From contig JAUQXK010000140.1 of the NCBI GenBank assembly GCA_030834695.1, positions 23,170 through 87,169 on the forward strand: 64,000 nt of DNA, given 5' to 3'. Shown piece after piece: positions 16,239 to 25,704 of this stretch (position 1 is its first letter; each line of letters opens with the position of its first letter). The notes under the pieces were generated by a model. It searched no databases, was not told the origin of the DNA, and saw only the letters and a list, made by a program, of their open reading frames with translations. The translations under genes and the position numbers were made by a program. This stretch comes from Desulfobacterales bacterium (GTDB taxonomy: Bacteria > Desulfobacterota > Desulfobacteria > Desulfobacterales > SpSt-501).

Positions 16239-17540
16239 ATGCGAAAGGCCGCACGAACCCCGGCCGCCGCATCCCAGAAAGCGGCGGCGCCGCCGGTTGG
16301 CCCCCCGACCGAAACCGCCTTGAAGGTCAGCGAGGAAAAAGTCGCATTGATCCTCGATAAAATCCAAGACGGCTATTATGAAGTGGATCTAGAGGGCAAC
16401 TTCACCTTTTTCAACGACGGCCTGCTGCGCATTACCGGCTACCCGCCCGACAAAATGCTCGGCATGAATTACCAAAGAATCGTCGATGAGTACAACCGCA
16501 AGAAAGTCTTTGAAATGTTCAATCAGGTCCGCCTCACCGGCGTGCCGGCTTACGCCTTTGACTGGGAATGCATCCGCAAAGACGGCACCCGCCGGTACGT
16601 GGAAGTCTCGGTGACCCTCCGGAAAGATGCCGGCCAGAAGCCCAACGGCTTCATGGGAATCGCTCGGGACGTCACGGAGCGCAAGCTGGCGGAGCAGGCC
16701 CTCAAGGAAAGCGAGGCCCGCTATCGCATGATCATCGAGAATATCCAGGACGGCTATTACGAGGTGGACCTCGATGGAACTTACACGTTTTTCAATGAAG
16801 GGCTGCTGCGCATCACCGGCTATTCCCGCGAAGAGATGCTCGGCTTGAACAACCGCAGGATCGTCGATGAATACAACAACAAAAAAGTCTTCAGCACCTT
16901 CCACCAGATCTATCTGACGGGCGTGCCGGCCCACGCCTTTGACTGGGAGTGCATCCGCAGGGACGGATCGCGGCGGTGCGTCGAGGTCTCGGCGTCTCTC
17001 CGGCGCGACATCTACGGCCGGCCCGTCGGGTTCATGGGAATCGCCCGGGACATTACCGAACGCAAGAAATACCAGACGGAGCTCGAGGCCAAGGAAAACG
17101 AGTTGAGGCAGAAAAACAAGAGCCTTGAAGAAGCCAACACCGCGCTGAACGTTCTGATGAAAAAGATGGGGGAGCAGAGCAGCGCCGATGAAGAAACCCT
17201 GCGAAACAACCTCAACCGGGTCGCCATGCCTTACCTGCAGAAGGCCAGGGAGAACATCAAGGACAAGATCTCCCGAGGCCATCTGCGGCTCTTCGAGGAA
17301 AGTCTGAACTCAATTTTGTCGCCGGCGGGCCGCGGCCTATCGCCCAACATCCACAGTTTGACTTCAACGGAAATCGACGTGGCCAACCTCATCGTCCAGG
17401 GCCGGCGCACCAAGGAAATCGCCGATCTGCTGAAAGTCTCACCCAAAGCCATCGAAGTCCACCGCAACAACCTGCGTCGCAAATTGGGCCTCACCAATCA
17501 GAAGACCGGACTGCGGGCCCACCTGCTTTCGCTGCGTTAA
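16239..17540 (+). CDS. PAS-PAS-LuxR(HTH) transcriptional regulator
   Basis: Two highly similar PAS modules (QDGYYEVDLEGNFTFFNDGLLRITGY... / QDGYYEVDLDGTYTFFNEGLLRITGY...), a coiled-coil linker and a C-terminal GerE/LuxR HTH (LTSTEIDVANLIVQGRRTKEIADLLKVSPKAIEVHRNNLRRKLG). Confidence 0.9.
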   Translation: MRKAARTPAAASQKAAAPPVGPPTETALKVSEEKVALILDKIQDGYYEVDLEGNFTFFNDGLLRITGYPPDKMLGMNYQRIVDEYNRKKVFEMFNQVRLTGVPAYAFDWECIRKDGTRRYVEVSVTLRKDAGQKPNGFMGIARDVTERKLAEQALKESEARYRMIIENIQDGYYEVDLDGTYTFFNEGLLRITGYSREEMLGLNNRRIVDEYNNKKVFSTFHQIYLTGVPAHAFDWECIRRDGSRRCVEVSASLRRDIYGRPVGFMGIARDITERKKYQTELEAKENELRQKNKSLEEANTALNVLMKKMGEQSSADEETLRNNLNRVAMPYLQKARENIKDKISRGHLRLFEESLNSILSPAGRGLSPNIHSLTSTEIDVANLIVQGRRTKEIADLLKVSPKAIEVHRNNLRRKLGLTNQKTGLRAHLLSLR

Positions 17541-17605
17541 CGATCCAGCCCGGCTTCCGAAAAGAGCATCGGACGGGTTGCTTCTTGACCGCTTCCGCCG
17601 GCAAC

Positions 17606-17640
17606 CACTAGCCTTTCCCCATCGGATCTAGTGTTTTTTT
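17606..17640 (+). terminator. Possible weak rho-independent terminator after the PAS-LuxR gene
   Basis: CACTAG...CTAGTG stem (6 bp, 16-nt loop) followed by T7. The stem is weak. Confidence 0.35.
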
Positions 17641-17647
17641 AGCGTTT

Positions 17648-18217
17648 TTGTTGGGTTGTATCCTTTCGCCGCCATGTCTAAACAGAAGTGAATCAGGCAG
17701 CAAAAGCAAAACTTCGGAAACAGAGGCGGCCGTGAGCATCCATCATCTCGGAATCCGCAAAACAGACAAGGGCCATTTCACTCTCGTTCAATTGGACAAA
17801 ACCCAGAAACGGGTGACGGAAAAGCACTGTTCGGGAGAGTTGGAGGAGGTGATAGACCGCCTGCTGGATCGACGCGAAAAAACCAGCGCGCCGGAGCAAC
17901 GGGCGCGCGACTACGGCCCGGTTCTGGAAATCATTAAAAAACTGGCCCGGACCTATCCCTGTCTGAACGATGAGGACTTCCCGGCCAACTGGTCCGACTC
18001 GCTGGATCTTTATGGATGTTTGATCCATGAACTGGTCCGGCTCCGGATCGACATGGATTCCGAACGCCGGAAGCTGGCCGGGCTTATTTTCGACAGCGGC
18101 CCGGAATGGGTATGGAAAAACCGTCTGAGGCTGGTTGCGGAGCGGGTCTCGTCCCTAAGTCCTCACGACGATCAGGAACGGCCGCCGGAATCGTTGAATT
18201 TATTGCTCGGGCAATAA
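17648..18217 (+). CDS. Hypothetical protein (start uncertain; possible GTG at 17732)
   Basis: 189-aa ORF in a locally lower-GC stretch with normal-looking composition and no recognised family. Its stop codon lies inside the left arm of a family B repeat. Confidence 0.4.
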   Translation: MLGCILSPPCLNRSESGSKSKTSETEAAVSIHHLGIRKTDKGHFTLVQLDKTQKRVTEKHCSGELEEVIDRLLDRREKTSAPEQRARDYGPVLEIIKKLARTYPCLNDEDFPANWSDSLDLYGCLIHELVRLRIDMDSERRKLAGLIFDSGPEWVWKNRLRLVAERVSSLSPHDDQERPPESLNLLLGQ

Positions 18218-18295
18218 TAGCCGGTTCAATGCGGACATATCACTCATCGGCGGACCTCAGCGGGAGGTGCGCCTGTTCAATTGCCGGGGCAATGT
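18200..18295 (+). repeat. Family B MITE-like repeat copy
   Basis: TTATTGCTCGGGCAATAAtagccGGTTCAATGCGGACATATCACTCATCGGCGG...TTGCCGGGGCAATgt. Confidence 0.75.
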
Positions 18296-18525
18296 GCACC
18301 GGCGCCTCCGTGGGCACGATCTTGCTGCCGCCGGTTGGCGTTGCGTATCGGGCGGTGCCGGTATCCGCGTTCTCGACCTGGATGGCGTCGGGCCGGATGC
18401 CGCCACGCCGATCGCGCCGGCGCCCATCGACGTCGGAAAACGGCGGCGCGTGACGCCATCGGACCCGGGACGGGGATTCTTCTCTGACGTATTCGACCCC
18501 CTGAACGGATTAAATGGTTGCCGGA

Positions 18526-18948
18526 TCAGCGAGCGGCCTTCTTCCGGGCCACTGCCGCATTGAATTTGTCGGCATCGATGATAAACCGCTCGTGGGTCGC
18601 CTGGCAGATGGAATCAACGCCGTCGCTGGCATCGAGGGTAAATGTGAGTTTGCGGCCGTCCACCTTCTCAAGCCGGCCCTTGACGGTCACGCTGAACCCC
18701 GGCGGGGTCGCGGCCGTGTGGCTGAGATTCACCTGAATGCCGACGGTCTGCTGCCGCGGCCAGTCGATATGCGGGTTGACAAACCGGATGCAGGCGAACT
18801 CCAGCAGCCCCACCAGAAATCCCGTGGCAAGCACCTCCGGCATCCGCCCGCCCTCGGGAAACTCGGGGAACAAATAAGGTACGGTTTTTTCCGTCGGCAC
18901 CGTGTAGGCGAACTCAAAGGTCATGCCCGGCTCAAGTGCTGGTTTCAT
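18526..18948 (-). CDS. Hotdog-fold thioesterase (fluoroacetyl-CoA thioesterase-like family)
   Basis: 140 aa. The pattern GMTFEFAYTVPTEKTVP...VLATGFLVGLLEFACI...VGIQVNLSHTAATPPG is typical of this thioesterase family. Confidence 0.8.
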   Translation of the reverse strand: MKPALEPGMTFEFAYTVPTEKTVPYLFPEFPEGGRMPEVLATGFLVGLLEFACIRFVNPHIDWPRQQTVGIQVNLSHTAATPPGFSVTVKGRLEKVDGRKLTFTLDASDGVDSICQATHERFIIDADKFNAAVARKKAAR

Positions 18949-19462
18949 CGGTGTCCCTCCCTGGTATAATGAGCGTCCTTTTCGGCGCTCAGCGACGCGG
19001 AGTTGCTTTATTCTGGACGCGTTGACGGAGCAGTCGAAAGCGTCTTCGCCGAACTGTATCCGGGCCCGCCGCTACCGTCAAGCTCATGATTCACGCCGTC
19101 TGCCTGCCTAACATAACCGCATGGCATATTGAAGTTTTTGATTCGTTCTTCAAGGAACGGAAAATCACAGCCGGCCGATCTGATAAAGCGGGGCACGCCA
19201 CGGTCTTAGTCAATCCATTCCGAGGGCAGGCGCAACCGATAACAACCCGGCCTATCGAACATCGCACGTGGGCCTGGCGTTGAGGGGTTACGGGTGGTTT
19301 TCGGGTGGGGATGGGGAGAAATGGGTGACGAGTTCTAATTCCGGTGCAGTTGACACCTGCCCCGACAAGACCCACCTTTAAGTCGGATTAAAGAGATGGC
19401 TGCTGATGCCGAAAGTTTCCCACCATCCTTCTTTCGGCATCGAAGCCGTCTTCTTCTGATCT

Positions 19463-19508
19463 GAGGTGGCCTGTTTTCCCTCCTTTTGCCAGGCCACCTC
19501 TTTTCTTT
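19463..19508 (+). terminator. Plus-strand rho-independent terminator with no recognisable upstream plus-strand gene
   Basis: 11-bp stem GAGGTGGCCTG/CAGGCCACCTC with a 16-nt loop, followed by TTTTCTTT. On the minus strand no U-run follows the hairpin, so it is not an obvious recD2 terminator. Confidence 0.55.
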
Positions 19509-19572
19509 GTCGCTCCGGCGACCAACCGGCACATCTCCAGCCGAGGTCCATCGAAGCGGGGGGATTTCGAGA

Positions 19573-22068
19573 TCAGCGTCCCGGAGAGGCACAAAGCTTT
19601 TCAAGGAAGGTTTGGCGCTGGCTGGTGTCCTGGTTCTTCACCGCCATGGCCAACGCCCTGCGCGTTCCGACGAAAACAGCGAGCTGCTTGGCCCTGGTCA
19701 GGCCGGTGTAAATCAAGTTTCGGAACAGCATCTTGAAATGCTGAGTGAGCACCGGGATGATGACGGCCCCGAACTCGCTGCCCTGCGATTTATGGATGGT
19801 GATGGCGTAGGCGAGGTCCAGTTCCGGGATGTCATCGCGCCGGTATTCGACCGCTCGTCCATCCGGGAAAAAGTCAACCACACAGGTCAGCTCCTCGTTG
19901 TCGATGGCCGCTATCACCCCGATGTCGCCGTTGAACACCCCGAGGTCGTAGTTGTTCCTGCGGTGGATGACCCGGTCGCCGACCCGGAAAATCCGTTCCC
20001 CCACCTGCAGCTGGCTCTTGCCCTTCTGTGCCGGATTGGCGGACTCCTGGATCATGCGGTTCAATCTCAACGTCCCCAGGCTGCCGCGGGTCATGGGGGT
20101 GATGACCTGGATTTCGGTCCCCGTGCCGAGATATTTCGGAATCCACTCCAGGTAGAGCTTGCGGACGACATCGGATGCCGTCAGGCCGTAATGCAAAGAC
20201 GACCACGGATGAACCTTCTTCACGACGGCCAGCAACTCCTCGACTTGAGTGTCCGCCGCCAGCAGCCGTTCAAGGTCGACGTGCTGGAACTTCTTGGGGA
20301 TGACCAGCTCGGTTTCATACGGAACCACGGGCTCGTTGATCCGAAATTCATACGGGTTGTCAGGAGTCTCGGGTTCACGGTCGAGCCCGGCCGATTTGGG
20401 ATCGTGTCGTTTCCGGATCTTGGCGATGAACCCGAGCTGCTCCTGGGTGGCTTCGTCCGAGTCCAGAAAAAGGCAGTCGGCGCCCTCCTTCCATATGGCG
20501 GGCATTTTGAACGGCGAGTCGATGTACGGCAGCTCGCCGTGGTTGATCTGGTGGGCGTAGCGGATGATCAGGGACTCCTGCGCCTGCCGGAAGACCTGAG
20601 TCAGCCGGAAACAGGGAACGGCGCCCGAGGCGATCAAGTCCCTTAAAACGTTGCCGGCGCCGACGGACGGCAGCTGATCCGCATCCCCGATAAAAAGAAT
20701 CTGGCTGTGATCGGGAACCGCTTTGAGCAGGGAGGCGGTCAGGCTGATATCCAGCATGGAGCATTCGTCGACGATCAGGAAATCGACATCCAGGGGGTTG
20801 TCCTCGTTCTTCTTGAATTTCCCGATCTGCCACTCCAGCAGGCGGTGGATGGTCTTGGACTCGCTGCCGACCACCTCCGTCATGCGTTGGGCGGCGCGGC
20901 CGGTGGGAGCCGCGAGCAGGACCTTCACCTTCATCGCATCGAGCAGTTTGACCAGCACCCGGGTGGCCGTGGTCTTGCCGCAGCCCGGTCCGCCGGTCAG
21001 AATCGAAAACCGTTCACCGGCGATCCCCTGGACGGCGGCAGCCTGCTCGGCGCTCAGGGAGATGCCCCCGGCCTTGCAGTAAAGCCGAATCCAGTTCTCG
21101 ATTCGATGCCGGTCCACATCCGGCGCCTTCTGGATTCCCGCGACTCGTTTGGCGACGTAAAGCTCCTCGAAATAAAGGGTCCTGGAATAATAGCACGCTT
21201 CCGCCGCGCCGTCGGAGGTGGCGAGCGCTCGAACCATCAGCTGGCCGTCCTGCTGCATGCGCGTGAGCAGACCGGGCAGCCGCGGTCCGATGTCCATCTG
21301 CAGCAGCTCATTGACCTGGGTACGGACCTGGGATTCGGTCAGATAACAGTGGCCGAACTCCCGGCTGGCCGCCAGAACGTGTTTGATCGCGGCGGTGATG
21401 CGCTCGTCGCTGTCGCGCGCCAGCCCGATGCTGAGCGCCACCTTGTCGGCCGAAAAAAATCCGATCCCGTAGAAGTCGTTGGCCAGGCGGTAGGGATCCT
21501 CGGTCACATAGGGAATGGCGTTGTCGCCGTATTCCTTGTAAATCCGCACGGCGAACAGCGTGCTGATCCCGTGGGACTGCAGGAACATCATCACGTCCCG
21601 GATCGCGCGGTGTTCGGCCCAGGCCGCGCTGATGGTCTCCAGCTTCTTCTGGGCGATCCCGGCGATCTCGGTCAGCCGTGCGATCTCCCCCTCGAAGACA
21701 TCCAGTGCGTTCTCGCCGAAATGGGAGACGATCTTCCGGGCGGTTTTCGGGCCGACGCCCTTGATGAGTCCGGAGCCCAGGTATTTTTCGAGTGCGGCGG
21801 CGGAAGCGGGTTTTTTCTCAACGGCCTTGGTGGCTCTGAATTGACGGCCGAATTTGGGATGGGTCGTCCAGGCGCCTTCAAATTCCATCGTGGCGCCGGC
21901 GAAGACCTTTGTCTGGTGGACGATGACCGTCTCCTGCTGGCCGGGGCTGTTAAACGGAAACACCCGCAGGACCGACCAGCCGTTGTCCGGGTTGTGATAG
22001 GTCACCCGGTCGACGATCCCGCGCAGGGTTTCGGGGATGGTTGCTGTAAACGCGCCGGGAAGCTGCAT
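19573..22068 (-). CDS. recD2: RecD2-type (RecD/TraA family) SF1 ATP-dependent DNA helicase
   Basis: Start at MQLPGAF (22068), because the track ORF extension to 22194 reads through repeat copy 3. Walker A motif LTGGPGCGKTT, motif II FLIVDECSMLD, and C-terminal AITIHKSQGSEF and LIYTGLTRAK motifs typical of RecD-like helicases. Confidence 0.9.
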   Translation of the reverse strand: MQLPGAFTATIPETLRGIVDRVTYHNPDNGWSVLRVFPFNSPGQQETVIVHQTKVFAGATMEFEGAWTTHPKFGRQFRATKAVEKKPASAAALEKYLGSGLIKGVGPKTARKIVSHFGENALDVFEGEIARLTEIAGIAQKKLETISAAWAEHRAIRDVMMFLQSHGISTLFAVRIYKEYGDNAIPYVTEDPYRLANDFYGIGFFSADKVALSIGLARDSDERITAAIKHVLAASREFGHCYLTESQVRTQVNELLQMDIGPRLPGLLTRMQQDGQLMVRALATSDGAAEACYYSRTLYFEELYVAKRVAGIQKAPDVDRHRIENWIRLYCKAGGISLSAEQAAAVQGIAGERFSILTGGPGCGKTTATRVLVKLLDAMKVKVLLAAPTGRAAQRMTEVVGSESKTIHRLLEWQIGKFKKNEDNPLDVDFLIVDECSMLDISLTASLLKAVPDHSQILFIGDADQLPSVGAGNVLRDLIASGAVPCFRLTQVFRQAQESLIIRYAHQINHGELPYIDSPFKMPAIWKEGADCLFLDSDEATQEQLGFIAKIRKRHDPKSAGLDREPETPDNPYEFRINEPVVPYETELVIPKKFQHVDLERLLAADTQVEELLAVVKKVHPWSSLHYGLTASDVVRKLYLEWIPKYLGTGTEIQVITPMTRGSLGTLRLNRMIQESANPAQKGKSQLQVGERIFRVGDRVIHRRNNYDLGVFNGDIGVIAAIDNEELTCVVDFFPDGRAVEYRRDDIPELDLAYAITIHKSQGSEFGAVIIPVLTQHFKMLFRNLIYTGLTRAKQLAVFVGTRRALAMAVKNQDTSQRQTFLEKLCASPGR

Positions 22069-22099
22069 TGGAAAATGAAGGGTCGTTATCGCCCTTTTC

Positions 22100-22224
22100 G
22101 ATGGCTTCTCAATAAGGCCAAGATCAAGGCGCACGAATCTCGCGGCGCGAGGCGTACGTGCAGTACGCCGCAGCGACCGCGAGATGACGTGCAACGCCGA
22201 GATTGGACGTGTTGGGAAGCCATC
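22100..22224 (+). repeat. 125-nt structured repeat, copy 3 (family A)
   Basis: Arms GATGGCTTCTCAA...TTGGGAAGCCATC carry compensatory changes relative to copies 1 and 2. The right end overlaps the thiolase TGA stop (22223..22225). Confidence 0.9.
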
Positions 22225-23473
22225 AGAGCATTTCGAGGGCGCAGGCCATGGAGACCCCCCCGCCGCCGCAGAGCGTGGCCAGCCCCAGGGTCTTGCCGCG
22301 TTTCTTCATGGTATGCATCAGGGTGACCATGATGCGGGCACCGGTCGCGCCGACCGGATGCCCCAGGCCGATGCCCGAACCGTTGACGTTGGTGATCTCG
22401 CGGTTCAGCCCGAGTTCCTTCTCCACTCCCAGATACTGGGCGGCGAAGGCTTCGTTCACTTCGATCAGCTCGAAGTCGGCCAGCTGGAGCCCGCTGCGTG
22501 CCAGCAGCTGCTTGACGGCCGGCACCGGCGAAAGACCCATGACGGACGGGTGGCAGGCGCCCCGGCCGACCGCTTTGATGCGGGCCAGGGGCCGGATGCC
22601 GAGCTCCATCGCCCGATCCGCCGACAGGATCACGATCGCGGCCGCGCCGTCGTTGATGCCGCTGGAGTTGCCCGCCGTGACCTTGCCGAACTCCGGAACG
22701 AAGGCCGGCGGCAGCTTCCGGAGCTGGTCCAGCGTGATCCCCGGCCGAAAGTGCTCGTCCTTGTCGAAGACGATCGGGTCCCCTTTGCGCTGCGGAATGA
22801 CGACCGGGACGATCTCTTCCTTGAAATCGCCGTTTTTCGTGGCGCGTTCGACGTTGTTGTGGCTGCGCAGCGCGACGAGGTCCATCTCTTCCCGGCTGAT
22901 GTTCAGATGCTGGGCGACGAACTCCGCCGTGGCGCCCATGATGTACGGCTTTCCCTTGAACCGGCTGAGCGGCGGCTGCGAGGCATCCACGGGTCCGTTC
23001 TCGGGATGCGGGATCAGGTGAGAGCCGCAGTGCAGGCCGCGCATGATGTTGTCCACGAATTCCTGGTCCTGCAGCCGGCAGCCCCACCGGGCGTTGAAGA
23101 CCGAATAGGCCGCACCGGACATGTGCTCCGCTCCGCCGGCCAGCACCGCATCGGCCATCCCCGCCTGGATCATGGCCATGCCCGAAAGAGTGGCCTCCAT
23201 GCCCGAGATGCAGACCCGGTTGATGGTCGCGGCGGTCACGGTGTCGGGGATGCCGGCCATCAGCGCGGCGATGCGCGTCATGTTCATGGAGTCGACGGGT
23301 TCCAGACAGCAGCCGAAGCGCACGTCGTCGATCCGGGCCGGGTCGATGCCGGCCCGCTCCACGGCGGCTTTCATGGCGACGCTGGCGATTTTGGTCACAT
23401 GCAGGTCCCGCAGGGTTCCGCCGAAAGCTCCGATGGCGGTTCGACAGGCCGAGGCGATGACGACATCTTTCAT
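22223..23473 (-). CDS. Acetyl-CoA C-acetyltransferase (thiolase)
   Basis: 416 aa. Starts MKDVVIASACRTAIGAFGG. Active-site region NRVCISGMEA and C-terminal GGGGVSMA, all thiolase family signatures. Confidence 0.92.
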   Translation of the reverse strand: MKDVVIASACRTAIGAFGGTLRDLHVTKIASVAMKAAVERAGIDPARIDDVRFGCCLEPVDSMNMTRIAALMAGIPDTVTAATINRVCISGMEATLSGMAMIQAGMADAVLAGGAEHMSGAAYSVFNARWGCRLQDQEFVDNIMRGLHCGSHLIPHPENGPVDASQPPLSRFKGKPYIMGATAEFVAQHLNISREEMDLVALRSHNNVERATKNGDFKEEIVPVVIPQRKGDPIVFDKDEHFRPGITLDQLRKLPPAFVPEFGKVTAGNSSGINDGAAAIVILSADRAMELGIRPLARIKAVGRGACHPSVMGLSPVPAVKQLLARSGLQLADFELIEVNEAFAAQYLGVEKELGLNREITNVNGSGIGLGHPVGATGARIMVTLMHTMKKRGKTLGLATLCGGGGVSMACALEML

Positions 23474-23650
23474 GCAATGCTCCTTTCCAGTGCAGGTGAG
23501 TTCCCGATGGTCAGCCGATTTCAGTCGTTGCCTGCGCGCATCCTATGAAAAGCCCCTGGGGATTGTCAAGGCCAAGCGGCGCGACGTCCCGGAGAGGCTG
23601 GCCGGGGTGGGCCGGATGGAAAAACAGCCGGGAAGCGGCAGAGCCTTCCG

Positions 23651-24403
23651 TCAGGCCGGCCGGGCGGCCGGCGAGAGAAGGCCGGCGGCATCGCGGTCGA
23701 GCAACACGTCGCAGCCCGGATGCGTTCGCAGGATAGAGGCCGGCACCATCGGTCCGATTTCGCCCTCGAGACAGGTCTTGACGGCATGGGCTTTGCGCTT
23801 CTCCAGCACCGTGCAGAGAATGCGGGCCGCTTTCAGGATCTGTTTCACCGACATCGAAACGGCCTGCCGCGGGACGGCGCCGATCGAGTCGAACCACCCT
23901 TCCCCGACCTGCTGTCTCCGGCAGGCCTCATCCAAATCGACCACGATGAAGGGAATCTCGGTGGCGAAGTCCGCCGGGGGGTCGTTGAAGGCGATATGTC
24001 CGTTCTCGCCGATGCCGATGAAGGCGACGTCGATCGCCGCGGCGGCGATGGCGGCGTTCAGCCGTACCAGCTCCGCGGACAGGTCGGCCGCATCGCCCTG
24101 GATGAAGTGGACGCGTCCCACAGGGACCCGGCTCGTCAAGCGTTCCCGGAGGTAGCGCCGGAAACTCGCCGGATGGCTGGGCGGAATCCCGACGTACTCG
24201 TCCAGGTGGAACATGGTCGTCCGCTCCCAGGCGATCCCCGGCGCTGCGGTCAGACGCCCCAGGAACTCGATTTGGGAATTGCCGGTGGCGGCCACGAACG
24301 CGGCCCGTCCTCTTGCGGCGATGGCGTCCCTGAGAACCTCGGCGGCCGTCTCGGCCGCCGCCTGCGATGCCGCGGCCGCGCTGTCGTAAACTTTGAGGTT
24401 CAT
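23651..24403 (-). CDS. Glucosamine-6-phosphate deaminase/6-phosphogluconolactonase family (NagB-like) protein
   Basis: 250 aa. Contains ATGNSQIEFL, FHLDEYVGI and IGIGENGHIAFNDPP, as in NagB-type deaminases/isomerases. Confidence 0.8.
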   Translation of the reverse strand: MNLKVYDSAAAASQAAAETAAEVLRDAIAARGRAAFVAATGNSQIEFLGRLTAAPGIAWERTTMFHLDEYVGIPPSHPASFRRYLRERLTSRVPVGRVHFIQGDAADLSAELVRLNAAIAAAAIDVAFIGIGENGHIAFNDPPADFATEIPFIVVDLDEACRRQQVGEGWFDSIGAVPRQAVSMSVKQILKAARILCTVLEKRKAHAVKTCLEGEIGPMVPASILRTHPGCDVLLDRDAAGLLSPAARPA

Positions 24404-24524
24404 GATCCCATCCCAAAAGGGTATTTATGGCTTCGGCAAAACTATGCCGAGGTTCGTCCTTCCGGCGCAAGCCGGAGTCCCGGCTGGGAGTGGATGCCGA
24501 ATCAGGGCCTGAGAGGCCGTTTCC

Positions 24525-25691
24525 CTACCTCTTCAGGTCCACCCGCCGGCCCTCTTCCGCCGACACGTAGCCGGCGTAGATGACCTCGACGGTCTCGTGG
24601 GCCAAGAGCAGGCCGGACAAGGGTTCGCGTTGTTCGCGCACGGCGTCGACAAAATCCTCCATCTCCTGGGGATAGCCGCGCATCCAGTCCTCGTCCGGGC
24701 TGGGGAACTGCCAGCCGCCCTTGGTCTCGACCTTCTCGGTGATGTACTCGTCCCCCCAGACGGCTCCGTCCGGAGCATAAACCTGCAGGCTGGTGTTGGG
24801 GTTGATGTTCACCTGGACCACGCCGTTGCTCAGATAGGCCGTGAGCAGGTTCTTGACCCCGCCCAGGCTGACGTCCGTGGACATGACCGCCGCCTTGGTC
24901 CCGTCCTCGAAGGTGAGCAGGGCCGCCGACCAGTCTTCCACGTCCTCCCAGGAGTGCACCAGCCATTTGCGGTTTTCGGCCTGGAACGCCGGCACCTTCG
25001 TGAGCTGCCCCACGTCGGCGATGACCGACTTGACCCGGATGGGCTTGCCGTGCTTCTTGAGCCCTTCGTAGTGCTTGAGGTGGATGACGGCGCCGATGGG
25101 GTGCGAGCCCATCCGCAGCATGGAGCCGCCCCCCGCCGTGGCCCAGCGGCGGGAGTATGACGCATGCGAGCCGGAGTGGCTTTCTTCGGCGCGCAGGTCC
25201 AGGAGCGTTCCCCCGCCGGCATCCATCAGGCGGCGCAGTTTGGCCACCGGCGGTGCGTAAACGAAGTTTTCGGCGTAGCCCAGGATCACCCGGTTCCGCC
25301 GGCAGGCATCCGCCACGGCGTCGGCGTTCTGCATGGTCTCGGCCATCATCTGCCGGCGCGTCATTTGATCGGCCGCGACGAAGCAGCCGGTGAGCGGCTT
25401 TTCCATCACGATGTGCTTGCCGGCCGCGGCGCAGTCGATGGCCAGGCGGTGATGGAGGTGGGTCACCACGGGTAGCGACACGAGCTGGATGTCCCGACGC
25501 TCCAGCAATGCGCGATGGTCGGTGTAGACATTCGGGATGTTGAACTTGCGGGCGAACGCCTCGGCGCTCTCCCGGGTCTTGGAGCAGACCGCCAGGATCT
25601 CGCATTTGACCCCGCGCAGTTTGCCCAGGGCCTGGGCGTGCAGGTCCGCCGCAAACCGCGAACCGATGATGCCGATGCCGATTTTTTCCAT
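24525..25691 (-). CDS. Gfo/Idh/MocA-family NAD(P)-dependent oxidoreductase
   Basis: N-terminal Rossmann motif KIGIGIIGSRFAADLHAQA and the EKPL motif (IVMEKPLTG). Confidence 0.85.
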   Translation of the reverse strand: MEKIGIGIIGSRFAADLHAQALGKLRGVKCEILAVCSKTRESAEAFARKFNIPNVYTDHRALLERRDIQLVSLPVVTHLHHRLAIDCAAAGKHIVMEKPLTGCFVAADQMTRRQMMAETMQNADAVADACRRNRVILGYAENFVYAPPVAKLRRLMDAGGGTLLDLRAEESHSGSHASYSRRWATAGGGSMLRMGSHPIGAVIHLKHYEGLKKHGKPIRVKSVIADVGQLTKVPAFQAENRKWLVHSWEDVEDWSAALLTFEDGTKAAVMSTDVSLGGVKNLLTAYLSNGVVQVNINPNTSLQVYAPDGAVWGDEYITEKVETKGGWQFPSPDEDWMRGYPQEMEDFVDAVREQREPLSGLLLAHETVEVIYAGYVSAEEGRRVDLKR

Positions 25692-25704
25692 GCAGCAACT
25701 CCTT

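Noticed and set aside
22086-23548. 463-aa minus-strand and 454-aa plus-strand ORFs overlapping the thiolase gene
   Set aside because: Only the 22223..23473 frame gives thiolase motifs. The other frames are Arg/Pro/Gly-rich shadows, and one of them starts inside repeat copy 3.
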